A DNA stretch of 64,000 bases from Capsulimonadaceae bacterium. GTDB lineage: Bacteria; Armatimonadota; Armatimonadia; Armatimonadales; Capsulimonadaceae. A program made the position numbers and the translations under genes. The notes under the pieces were generated by a model. That model had not been told where the DNA came from, did not search any database, and saw nothing but the letters and a program-made list of their open reading frames with translations. Positions 1-8,974 of this stretch are shown piece after piece (position 1 is the first letter of the stretch; each line of letters starts with the position of its first letter). Where the stretch lies: assembly GCA_965215505.1 (NCBI GenBank), contig OZ244065.1, forward strand, positions 4,128,001 through 4,192,000, given 5' to 3'.

Positions 1-747
1 TTGTCCGGCCACACCGTTCTGGTGCTGGGCGCGGGCAAGATGAGCGAGGTCACCGCCCGGCACCTCCAGGCGGCGGGTGCGCCCGCCGTGCTGGTCGCGA
101 ACCGCACATTCGAAAAGGCCGAGGCGCTGGCCGGGCAGTTCGGCGGGACCGCCCGGCGCTTCGACGACCTGCCGCTTCTTTTGCAGACCGCCGACATCGT
201 GGTCTGCTCCACGGCCGCCCCGCACCCCATCGTCACGCGCGCCTTGATGCAGGACGTCATGCGCGCCCGCCGGGGCCGCCCCCTGTACCTCGTGGACATC
301 GCCGTCCCGCGCGACGTGGAGGCGGGCGTGGGCGAACTGGAAAACGCCTATCTGTATAACATCGATGATTTGCAGGAGTTGGTGGCCGGGGCGCGTCAGT
401 CGCGGGCCGGCGAGATGGCGCGGGCGCGGGAGATCATCGAGGCTTCGGTCGCCGAATACGGCCGCTGGGAACGCTCTTTGGACGCCGCCCCGCTCGTCGT
501 CGCCGTCCGCCGGAAGTTGGACGACGTCAAACAGGGGGAGCTGGATCGCCTGCGGACCCGCCTGCCCGGCCTGTCCGACAAGGACTGGCGCGCGGTCGAG
601 GCCGCCATGGGGGCCTTGACCAACAAGATCGCTCACCCCGCCACCGTCGCCATCAAGGCCGCTTCGGAGGCGGAGGACGGCACGGCGGCAACGGATGCCA
701 TCCGCCGCGCTTTCGGAGTGGAAGAAGCAGGGGAGGGGAACACATGA
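1..747 (+). CDS. hemA: Glutamyl-tRNA reductase (5'-partial, runs off window)
   Basis: NADPH-binding GAGKMS, ANRT, DIAVPRD and LYNIDDL motifs plus C-terminal dimerisation region (NKIAHP). Confidence 0.95.
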   Translation: MSGHTVLVLGAGKMSEVTARHLQAAGAPAVLVANRTFEKAEALAGQFGGTARRFDDLPLLLQTADIVVCSTAAPHPIVTRALMQDVMRARRGRPLYLVDIAVPRDVEAGVGELENAYLYNIDDLQELVAGARQSRAGEMARAREIIEASVAEYGRWERSLDAAPLVVAVRRKLDDVKQGELDRLRTRLPGLSDKDWRAVEAAMGALTNKIAHPATVAIKAASEAEDGTAATDAIRRAFGVEEAGEGNT

Positions 748-1574
748 CTGAAGCCGCCTTCCTCATCGCCGCCGCCGCGCTCTATCTGCTTGCCTCCGTC
801 GCCTACGGCGCGTTCCTGTTCCTCCGTCTGCCTGCCCTGGCCCTGTCGGGGCGGCTCGCCACGATTTTGGCCGTCGGCCTGCACACCGTCGCCATCGGGG
901 TCCACTGCGCGCGGACGCATCAGACGCCGTTCACGACGCCCGCCGAGACGCTGTCGGCGTCCGCCTGGGCCGTCGCCATCGCATATCTTGCTTTGGAGCT
1001 TTTGATGAAGCCCCGCCCGACCGCCCTGGGCGCGGTCGCCCTGCCCGCCGCCTTCCTGTGCCTGTTCGCCGGGGCCTTCCTGCATTCGGCCCAGCCCGCC
1101 GCGCTGACGGTGGCGACGCCGCTGCTGAACTCGCGCCTGGTCAGCCTGCACATCCTGGCGATCCTGTTCGCCTTCGGCCTGCTGGTCTTGGCCTTCGGCT
1201 GCGCCGCTTTGTACCTGGCCCAGCACCGGATGCTCAAGCGAAAGCGGCTCAAGAGTGGCCTGTTCGGCCTCCTGCCGCCGCTCGCCAGCCTGGACCACCT
1301 CGCCTTCGCCCTGGTCGCCTTCGCCTTCCCACTGCTGACGGTCGGCCTTGCGGCGGGCGTCGTGGAGGCGTTGGCCGGTGGCTTCGGCGGGCGCTGGGGC
1401 GCGGACCCGATGGTGCTGACCTCGGTCGTGACCTGGCTGGTCTACGGCGTCTATCTGGCCCTGCACGTCCTGGCCCAGTGGCGCGGCCCGCGGGCCAATT
1501 ACTTGCTCCTCGGCGGCCTGTGTGCCGCCCTTGTGACCTATTTCATCCCGACCACGACCCATCGGTTCGGGTAG
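744..1574 (+). CDS. ccsA: Cytochrome c biogenesis CcsA/HemX-family membrane protein
   Basis: About 8 hydrophobic segments, WGADP motif, conserved His residues, ATGA overlap with hemA. Confidence 0.8.
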   Translation: MTEAAFLIAAAALYLLASVAYGAFLFLRLPALALSGRLATILAVGLHTVAIGVHCARTHQTPFTTPAETLSASAWAVAIAYLALELLMKPRPTALGAVALPAAFLCLFAGAFLHSAQPAALTVATPLLNSRLVSLHILAILFAFGLLVLAFGCAALYLAQHRMLKRKRLKSGLFGLLPPLASLDHLAFALVAFAFPLLTVGLAAGVVEALAGGFGGRWGADPMVLTSVVTWLVYGVYLALHVLAQWRGPRANYLLLGGLCAALVTYFIPTTTHRFG

Positions 1575-1583
1575 GACTTCTCC

Positions 1584-2483
1584 ATGCTCAAACGCGGCCT
1601 CTTTAAAAGCATCTTCCAGAAGGTTGACCAGATGGTCACCGGGCGGGGCAAGATAGACGAAGAACTCTTCGAAGAACTCGAAGAGTCGCTCATCGGGGCC
1701 GACCTCAATGTCCACACCACGATGCGCGCCATGGACGCCCTGCGCGGCATGGTCCGCGACAACCAGCTCCATAATGCCGGCGATGTCACCAACTACCTCC
1801 GGCGCTTCCTGTGGGAGACCTTGGTCTCCGACGACGCCAAGAACCCCGCCCTGAACGTCTCCGCCGAGGCCCCGACCGTCTACCTCGTCGTCGGCGTCAA
1901 CGGCGTCGGCAAGACGACCAGCATCGCCAAGCTGGCCCACAAGCTGAAGGGCGAGCGCAAAAAAGTCGTGCTGGCCGCCGCCGACACCTTCCGCGCCGCT
2001 GCCGTGGACCAGCTCGCGCTCTGGGGCGAGCGCATCGGCGTCGAGGTCGTCAAGGGCCGCGACGGGGCCGACCCCGCCGCCGTCGTCTTCGATGCCATCC
2101 AGGCCGCCAAGGCGCGGTCGGCCGATTACCTCATCATTGACACGGCGGGCCGCCTGCACAACAAGGCGAACCTCATGGAAGAACTCAAGAAGATCAACCG
2201 CGTCGTCATGCGCGAATTGGGGGGCCGCTCCGCCGACGAGACCCTCCTTGTGCTGGACGCGACGACCGGCCAGAACGCCGTCAACCAGGCCCGCGAGTTC
2301 AAGAATGCCGTCAGCGTCACGGGCCTCATCCTGGCGAAGCTCGACGGCACGGCGCGCGGCGGCATCGTCATCACAATCAAGGACGAACTCGGCGTCCCCA
2401 TCAAGCTCATCGGGACGGGCGAGAAGCCCGGCGACATGGAATACTTCAACCCCCGCACCTTCGTCGAGGCGCTGTTCGAGTAG
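1584..2483 (+). CDS. ftsY: Signal recognition particle receptor FtsY
   Basis: [31 protein letters not shown] and GTGE motifs; NG domain only. Confidence 0.97.
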   Translation: MLKRGLFKSIFQKVDQMVTGRGKIDEELFEELEESLIGADLNVHTTMRAMDALRGMVRDNQLHNAGDVTNYLRRFLWETLVSDDAKNPALNVSAEAPTVYLVVGVNGVGKTTSIAKLAHKLKGERKKVVLAAADTFRAAAVDQLALWGERIGVEVVKGRDGADPAAVVFDAIQAAKARSADYLIIDTAGRLHNKANLMEELKKINRVVMRELGGRSADETLLVLDATTGQNAVNQAREFKNAVSVTGLILAKLDGTARGGIVITIKDELGVPIKLIGTGEKPGDMEYFNPRTFVEALFE

Positions 2484-2492
2484 GCGACGCAG

Positions 2493-3242
2493 ATGAACAT
2501 AGACGCGGCGGAAATAGAGTTGTGCCTACGCAAATACCAGTGGGCACGGGAAGATTTTCTTCGCGAAGTCGAAGACGGGTACATGTTCCTGAGAACCCTG
2601 TCTCATCCACATGTACGGCAGTTCCTGGGTTGTGTGGAGCAACTGCCCCCCTCAGAGCAATTAGAATTAGCGCGGCTACTTGTGGCAAGCTCGCACCTAC
2701 CGGCCCTGACGTTGTTGGGAGAATCGCTCACCAAAGAGGATGAGGCGAGGTTGAACGCATACAGAGCAGGAATAAGAAGCATTGTCTTACCTGCTATCTC
2801 TAACAGTCCTGCTACGAAGACTTTCGCCGTGAAGCGAGCGGACGTCGCTAAAACCGTATTGCCGGTTCTTTCCTCTGCGTTCGGTGAGAAGCCCCAGAAG
2901 CTTGCAAGCCTGCAATGGTTTTATGCCACGCCTGTTGGCGATTGGCGGTTCTTTATGGAACTTGATTTCGGCGGCACTTGGGGCACCGAAATCCGTTGCT
3001 ACCACCGATTAGTCCGCAATGATAGTAAGTCATCGGGGTTGATGCCGATGACGTTGCAGAGTTCAGTTGGACCGGTTCATGTACCGCAAGTCTTTTCGTT
3101 GCTGTCCCTCTATGGGCTTCCGGGTGACACATGTTATATCCATAGTTCTGAAGATGTGCAGGATGCCATGCGATCAATCCTGGTTAGCCGCGCCCGTCTC
3201 TTTCGAGCAGTACCGGGCTGGGTTGACCAGTTATCAGTCTAG
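2493..3242 (+). CDS. Hypothetical protein (lower GC than flanks)
   Basis: 249-aa ORF 9 nt after ftsY in visibly AT-richer sequence; no recognised motif. Confidence 0.65.
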   Translation: MNIDAAEIELCLRKYQWAREDFLREVEDGYMFLRTLSHPHVRQFLGCVEQLPPSEQLELARLLVASSHLPALTLLGESLTKEDEARLNAYRAGIRSIVLPAISNSPATKTFAVKRADVAKTVLPVLSSAFGEKPQKLASLQWFYATPVGDWRFFMELDFGGTWGTEIRCYHRLVRNDSKSSGLMPMTLQSSVGPVHVPQVFSLLSLYGLPGDTCYIHSSEDVQDAMRSILVSRARLFRAVPGWVDQLSV

Positions 3243-3271
3243 GACTGATACCAGAAGATTAGTAGAGCATA

Positions 3272-3589
3272 ATGGAAACGATTAATCGGGTGGTCACCAG
3301 GGCAACATTCGTGGGGGTGACGGACAAAATCCCCCCTGCTCTCATGGTGCGTAAGCGCGCGACCGGTGCCGGCGGTGCGGTGCGCCACTTCACCTTTATG
3401 TTCCCCATGCTTGACCCGGACCTGCTCCGGCGGCTCTCCGCAGAAATTCATCTAGGGGATGAAGTGGAGGCGACCGTGGTGAATGTCTGGCGTGAAGACG
3501 GCCACACCGCCTGCCTTGAAAGTTTCTGCAAGGTTTCGGCGGAAAAAGAGACGCCCCCGGCCAAAGAACTCGCCTCTCAGGCCGACTGA
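3272..3589 (+). CDS. Small hypothetical protein
   Basis: 105-aa ORF filling the gap up to the convergent MFS gene. Confidence 0.55.
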   Translation: METINRVVTRATFVGVTDKIPPALMVRKRATGAGGAVRHFTFMFPMLDPDLLRRLSAEIHLGDEVEATVVNVWREDGHTACLESFCKVSAEKETPPAKELASQAD

Positions 3590-4842
3590 GTGACCGCCCC
3601 GTCCGGCTTCGCCATCAGCGTGCGGGGGATCAGCGGGAGGGCCAGCAGGGGCAGGGCGGACGTGATCGCGTTGATCCAGATCAGGTCCGGCAGGGGGATG
3701 TGCTGCTTCTCGTACAGCCACGAGCCGAAGACGTTGGCGAGCGACACGCCGAGGTTGGACGCGCTCATCAGCAGCGAGTAGCACAGCGCCTCGCTGCCGC
3801 GCGGGGTCGCGCGGGCAGCCAAATCCAGTAGCGCGATCCCAACGCCTGCGCTCAGGAAGGCGTTCGCGGCTTCGATGCCGATGGCCGCACGGTGCGAATG
3901 GTAGCCTAAGAAAAGCAGAGAGCCGGAGGCGCTGAAGACGATGCCGGCCGCCAGCATCCGGTTCAGCGGGATGCGCCCGCAGAGTATGCCGTAGAGAACG
4001 ACCCCCGCCACCCCGCCGATGCCGGCCACCAAGCCGAGGTTCCCGATGAACTGGCTCGTGAACTTCAGCGTGTCGTTTTGATAAAAGAACAGCGGCGTCC
4101 CGAAGCCCGGCGAGAGCTGGTCCAGGAAGAGGAACGCGACCGCGATCCAGAGCGGGCGGCACCGCCGCATCGCCCCGAACTGCTTCCGCAGGTCTGCCCC
4201 GATGGTGCTTTCCCGCCGTGCCGCGCGGGGTTCCGGCAGCAGCCAGGCTACGATGGGGATCAGCGCCAGGAGCAGCATCGCCTCGGTCGCGCAGGTCCAG
4301 CCGAAGGCCCGCCCCCCCAAAAACCCGCCGACCGGCCCCGCCGCGAGTGCCGCCGCGCCCAGGACCAGCGTCCGCAGGACGCTGAGGCGGCCGGTGAGCC
4401 CGCTCCGCTGCCCCGCCTCCACAATCATCCCGCCCGCGACGCTGCTGAGGATGACGCACATGGCGTTCACCCCCGCCATCGTCCACAGGATCGGCCCGTA
4501 GCGGCGCGGCAGGATGTCCAGCAGTCCCCACAGTGCGACGGCCACTGCGCTGCTGCATATCAGGTAGAAGCGCCGCCGCGTCCCCCACAGCGGCACGCTG
4601 TCCGAGAGCATCCCCGCCAGAGGCTTCGCGTACCACGCCGCCCCCGCCAGCGCGAAGAACCCGGCGATCGCCGTCGCGCCCAGGTGCATGTGGTTTTTCA
4701 GCAGATATGTCAGCGGTAGCGCGGCCAGCCCCATGCTGTTGGAGAGCAGGAGGCTCAGGCCGATGACGAGCATCAGCCGCCGGTTCTGCCTGCGGGACAG
4801 CGGCACGGGGTCTAGTACAGGTGCGGCGGTGATTGCGGCCAT
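3577..4842 (-). CDS. MFS transporter, BT1 folate/biopterin-like
   Basis: About 12 TM segments; WYAKPLAGMLSDSVPLWGTRRRFY matches the BT1-type signature. Confidence 0.8.
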   Translation of the reverse strand: MAAITAAPVLDPVPLSRRQNRRLMLVIGLSLLLSNSMGLAALPLTYLLKNHMHLGATAIAGFFALAGAAWYAKPLAGMLSDSVPLWGTRRRFYLICSSAVAVALWGLLDILPRRYGPILWTMAGVNAMCVILSSVAGGMIVEAGQRSGLTGRLSVLRTLVLGAAALAAGPVGGFLGGRAFGWTCATEAMLLLALIPIVAWLLPEPRAARRESTIGADLRKQFGAMRRCRPLWIAVAFLFLDQLSPGFGTPLFFYQNDTLKFTSQFIGNLGLVAGIGGVAGVVLYGILCGRIPLNRMLAAGIVFSASGSLLFLGYHSHRAAIGIEAANAFLSAGVGIALLDLAARATPRGSEALCYSLLMSASNLGVSLANVFGSWLYEKQHIPLPDLIWINAITSALPLLALPLIPRTLMAKPDGAVTQSA

Positions 4843-4917
4843 GGTGTTTTCCTTCCAATTCGTGTCCAGGCTGAGTGTGGTATAGTGTGTCTATCGCGAT
4901 AGAGGAGGAGCCGCGTC

Positions 4918-5544
4918 ATGCCCCCACGTTCCCGCGCCGGCGTTACTGTTGTACAGGTGGTCGTCGTTCTCGCCATCATTGCCTTCGTGGCCGCCGTGTT
5001 GTTCCCAATGTTTCAGAAGGTCCATGACTATCCCCATCACGGTAGTTGTGCCTCCAACATGAAGCAGCTTGGCCTCGCCATGATTCAGTATGAACAGGAC
5101 GCCGACGGCGAGTTTCCGCCAGGGACTACCCCGGCGGGCAACGGCTGGGCCGGGCAGACCTACCCGTTCGTGAAGGCCACAGGCGTTTACCACTGCCCCA
5201 ACGATCTCCAGGACGTCCCATACGTCTCCTACACGGAGAATCGCAACCTCGTCGGGCGCTCCTTGAATGACCTGACTAACCTCTTTGGCACGGTCGCGCT
5301 CTACGAGGCTACAACGCTGAACTGCGACCCTGCGACTGCCGAAACCGTCAGCGCGACTGGCCTGAGCGCGCCGCAGGACAGCAAACGCCATGACTCGTCC
5401 TCGTTCCCTTATGGCCTGAACTTCCTCGCCGCAGATGGTCATGTCAAGTTCCTGACGCCGGAGAAGGTATCAGGTGGCCCCCAGGCCGTCAGCGCGAAGA
5501 CGTTGCCGCAGGGGGCGTATGTGGAGACGTTCGCGATCAAATGA
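4918..5544 (+). CDS. DUF1559-type prepilin-like protein with H-X9-DG motif
   Basis: Hydrophobic N-terminus VLAIIAFVAAVLFPMF, SCASNMKQLGLAMIQYEQD, C-terminal RH...NFLAADGHVKF. Confidence 0.85.
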   Translation: MPPRSRAGVTVVQVVVVLAIIAFVAAVLFPMFQKVHDYPHHGSCASNMKQLGLAMIQYEQDADGEFPPGTTPAGNGWAGQTYPFVKATGVYHCPNDLQDVPYVSYTENRNLVGRSLNDLTNLFGTVALYEATTLNCDPATAETVSATGLSAPQDSKRHDSSSFPYGLNFLAADGHVKFLTPEKVSGGPQAVSAKTLPQGAYVETFAIK

Positions 5545-5725
5545 TCCTCTCCCGTCTCGCAAGCTCGCCACCCTCCCCTCGGAAGGAAGGGTTCCGGACA
5601 GAGGGAAGAGTTCTGGACAGACGCAAAGGCTTTTGCCGCTTGACCACAAGCAGGGGCTTTCTTCCATTCCGAAACCCCTTCCCTCCGAGGGGAGGGTGGC
5701 GAGCTTGCGAGACGGGAGAGGATCA
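5542..5725. repeat. Palindromic MITE/REP-like element A (184 bp)
   Basis: Arms TGATCCTCTCCCGTCTCGCAAGCTCGCCACCCTCCCCTCGGA... form a perfect inverted repeat of about 42 bp, extending with mismatches to about 57 bp. Confidence 0.92.
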
Positions 5726-6940
5726 GGCCACCCTCAGCCCCTCCAGCCCCCGGAAGATGAAGTTGGGACGCCACCGCAGCGGCTCGTCCCCCGCCAGCCG
5801 CAGTTTCGGGAAGCGGCGCAGCAGGGTCCCCAACACGATCTGCCCCTCCATACGGGCCAGGGCCGCGCCCAGGCAGTAATGGACGCCCCAGCCGAAGGCC
5901 AGATGACGCCCCTCCCGGCGCGTGATGTCCAGCCGGTCCGGGTCGGTGAACTGGGCGGGGTCACGGTTGGCTGCGCCCAGGCCCAGCATCACGAACTGCC
6001 CCGCCTCGATCCGCAAGCCGTCTAGCGTAACCGCCTCTTTCGGGATACGCGAGGTCCATTGGACCGGGCTTTCATAGCGCAATAGCTCCTCAATGGCCGT
6101 GGGGAGCAGGGCCGGGTCCTGCCGCAGACGGGCGGCCTGCTCGGGGTGGGTGAGGAGCGCCAGCAGGCCGTTGCCGATCAGGTTTGTCGTCGTCTCATGC
6201 CCCGCGACCAGCAGCAAGAGGCAGTTGGCGATCAGCTCCTCTTCGGTCAGCCTGTCGCCCTGCTCCTCGACTTCAACCAGGGCGCTCAGGAGATTGTCGC
6301 CCGGCTTCGCCCGTATCCGGTCTACGACCCCGTGCAGATAGTCCATCAGCCGGTAGATGCCCGGCAGGAGGGGGCGCGTGGCCTCCCAATCATTGCCGTC
6401 CGTCCCCAGGAAGTCGGCGAAGTCGTCCGACCAGTGCTTGAAGCGGTCGCGGTCTTCGGGCGGGACGCCCAGCATCTCGGCAATCACGGTCGCGGGCAGC
6501 GGATTGGCGAGGGCGCGGATGACGTCCAGCGGCCCGGCGGCGAGGGCCGTGTCGAGGAAATCATCCGTCCAATCCTGTATCCGGGACCGCAGGCGCTCGA
6601 TGACACGCGGCGTGAACGCCTTCGCCGCCAGCGTCCGCAGGCGCGTCTGGTGGGGCGGGTCCTGGAACAGCATCTGCCGCGACAGCATTTCGTAGAGCGG
6701 CCCGAACTCCGACCGGAGTTCGGGTGCAAGCCCCGCCGCGCTGAACTTCTGTGCGCTCAGGCTCGGGTGTGCGAGCAGGGCGGCAACGTCGGCATGGCGC
6801 GTAAAGACCCAGATGCCGCGCTCCGCATTCCACAGGCGCGGCGACTCCGCCCGGAGCCGGCGGTAGGCGGGGTAGGGGTCCGCAATCGCCTCGGGCGAGA
6901 AGACGTCGTAGCCTGCATCATCATTCATGGCATCGCTCAT
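5723..6940 (-). CDS. Cytochrome P450
   Basis: AGHETT I-helix, EELLR (ExxR), heme ligand FGWGVHYCLG. Confidence 0.97.
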   Translation of the reverse strand: MSDAMNDDAGYDVFSPEAIADPYPAYRRLRAESPRLWNAERGIWVFTRHADVAALLAHPSLSAQKFSAAGLAPELRSEFGPLYEMLSRQMLFQDPPHQTRLRTLAAKAFTPRVIERLRSRIQDWTDDFLDTALAAGPLDVIRALANPLPATVIAEMLGVPPEDRDRFKHWSDDFADFLGTDGNDWEATRPLLPGIYRLMDYLHGVVDRIRAKPGDNLLSALVEVEEQGDRLTEEELIANCLLLLVAGHETTTNLIGNGLLALLTHPEQAARLRQDPALLPTAIEELLRYESPVQWTSRIPKEAVTLDGLRIEAGQFVMLGLGAANRDPAQFTDPDRLDITRREGRHLAFGWGVHYCLGAALARMEGQIVLGTLLRRFPKLRLAGDEPLRWRPNFIFRGLEGLRVA

Positions 6941-8760
6941 GCCGCGCCGACGATTTCTTCCAGCCGGTCCACCATCCGGGACAGCACGCCGAAAGCGCGC
7001 TGAATCGGGGCGGGCGAGGTCATGTCGATCCCCGCCAGCTTCAAAGCGTCCAGCGGGTACAGCGAGCCGCCCGCCTTCAGGAAGCTCAGATACCGCTCGG
7101 CAGCAGGTGCGCCCTCCGTGCGGACGTCTTCGGCCAATGCGTTCGCGGCGGCGATGCCCGTCGCGTACTGGTAGACGTAGAACGGCGAGTACAAGTGCCC
7201 GAACTGCGCCCAGGTGATGCCCAGCCGCGCCTCGTCTATTTCCACCTGCCCGCCGTAGCCCTCGGCGAAGAATCCGGCCAGCGTCCGCGTCATACCGTCC
7301 GCCGTCAGAGCCTCGCCGCGCTCGATTTTCTCATGGCAGTCCAGCTCGAACCGCGCCAAGGTCGGCATGACGAACAGGTAGCGGTGGAAATTGGAGATGG
7401 CTTCCTCGATGATCGTCAGTGTCCCGTCGCGGTCCGTACTCTCGTCCAGCAGCTTGCCCCGGACGAGCGCCTGGTTGAAGTTCGAGGCGACCTCGGCGAC
7501 GAACAGGGAGTAGTTGGAGTAGACCGGCGGCTGGTTCTCCCAGGTCAGGTAGGAGTGCATCGAGTGGCCCAATTCGTGCGCCAGAGTGCTGACCGAGAAC
7601 AGGTCGTCCCGGTAGTTCATCATGATGAACGGGCGCGTCCCCTTCATGCCCGACGAAAACGCGCCGCTGCCCTTACCCTGGTTCGGCGCACCGTCCACCC
7701 AGCGGTCTTCTACCAGGCCCTGGCGCATGGCGGCGACGTAGTCCTTGCCCAAGGCCCCCATCCCCGCGCAGAGCGTTTCGGTTGCCTCGGCATACGAGAT
7801 CGTCCGCTCCGTCTTCGGCATCGGGGCCGGCACGGCATAGGTGGGCAGGTCGGCGCAGGACAGCGTTTCGACGCCAAGGCCCTTCTTTAACAGGCCCCAG
7901 TAGCGGTGCCAGATCGGCAGGTTGTCTTGGAACGTACTCAGGAGCGTATCGAAGACCTCGCGCGGGATGGCGTTGGGCGCGAGCGACGACTCCAGCGCCG
8001 ACGGGTAGTGCCGGACGCGGGACGAGAACACGCTCTGCTTGATCCGCCCGCTGAGGCACGCAGCCAACGTGTTCTTGACGCCCAGATACCCGTCGGCGTA
8101 GGACTCCCACGCCTGCCGGCGCAGGGCCTGGTCGGGGTCCCTGACCAAGTCGCTGATCGTCCCCTGCGCCACTTCTAATGGCTCCCCGGCTTTGCCCGGC
8201 AAGGGCGAGAACTTCAGGTCTGCGTTGGTCAATACGCTGGCCGCCGTTCCCAAGGCCCCCAAAGGCTCCGACACCTGCGCCAGCAGCGACTCGACCTCTT
8301 CCGACCGCACATGCGCCCGCCTTCGGTTCAGCCGGTCGAAGTAGTGCGCGTAGACGGCCAGCGCGGCGTTCTCCGACTGCCACTGCGTCAGCCGCTCGGC
8401 GGGGATTTGCAGCATCTCCGGCTCGTAGAACGCCGACGCCGCCGCGAAGCGGGCGTACAAACCTCCCGCCCGGCTCGCCAGCGCGGCGGCGGCCTGGTCG
8501 CCGGTGTCGCCCGCCCGAAGCATGGAGGCGTAGAGGGCGACCTTGCGGGCCGCCATCCCGACCGCCTCCTGATGCGCCAGCGTCTCGGCCAGCACATCGG
8601 CCGACTCGCCGAGCCGCCCCTGGTAGGGGGCGAAGCTTTCGAGCAGGCCGCCCACGCGGGCGTACTCCGCCTCCCACGCCTCCTCGTTCGGGAAGACGCT
8701 CTCGACGCTCCATTTCTTCTCGTCCGGCACGTCTTGTCGCCGTGGCAATGTCTCGGGCAT
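6937..8760 (-). CDS. pepF: Oligoendopeptidase F (peptidase M3B)
   Basis: TLAHELGHSMH zinc motif, AEVASNFNQ, HLYSPFYVYQYATG; AAGGAG RBS. Confidence 0.95.
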   Translation of the reverse strand: MPETLPRRQDVPDEKKWSVESVFPNEEAWEAEYARVGGLLESFAPYQGRLGESADVLAETLAHQEAVGMAARKVALYASMLRAGDTGDQAAAALASRAGGLYARFAAASAFYEPEMLQIPAERLTQWQSENAALAVYAHYFDRLNRRRAHVRSEEVESLLAQVSEPLGALGTAASVLTNADLKFSPLPGKAGEPLEVAQGTISDLVRDPDQALRRQAWESYADGYLGVKNTLAACLSGRIKQSVFSSRVRHYPSALESSLAPNAIPREVFDTLLSTFQDNLPIWHRYWGLLKKGLGVETLSCADLPTYAVPAPMPKTERTISYAEATETLCAGMGALGKDYVAAMRQGLVEDRWVDGAPNQGKGSGAFSSGMKGTRPFIMMNYRDDLFSVSTLAHELGHSMHSYLTWENQPPVYSNYSLFVAEVASNFNQALVRGKLLDESTDRDGTLTIIEEAISNFHRYLFVMPTLARFELDCHEKIERGEALTADGMTRTLAGFFAEGYGGQVEIDEARLGITWAQFGHLYSPFYVYQYATGIAAANALAEDVRTEGAPAAERYLSFLKAGGSLYPLDALKLAGIDMTSPAPIQRAFGVLSRMVDRLEEIVGAA

Positions 8761-8818
8761 GGTATTGATACTCCTTAAAATGGTCCTTTGCTGGCGCTAA
8801 TCAGCCTCTGTGGCATCG

Positions 8819-8971
8819 AGTCGAGTGGTTGAAAACCACTCGCTAGGAGAGGTGTCCTTCGGACACAGGGACGGACACAGGATATGGCCCCCCAGAGACG
8901 GGGCACGGCCTGCATCCATGTTCCCGTCCGCAGGACGCTTTTCCTAGCGAGTGGTTTTCAACCACTCGACT
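8819..8971. repeat. REP doublet (REPIN-like) element
   Basis: Perfect 30-bp inverted arms AGTCGAGTGGTTGAAAACCACTCGCTAGGA at 8819-8848 and 8942-8971; each arm is itself a hairpin. Confidence 0.9.
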
Positions 8972-8974
8972 TGT

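Noticed and set aside
633-2159. 508-aa minus-strand ORF
   Set aside because: Antisense shadow of ccsA/ftsY in high-GC DNA; no motifs
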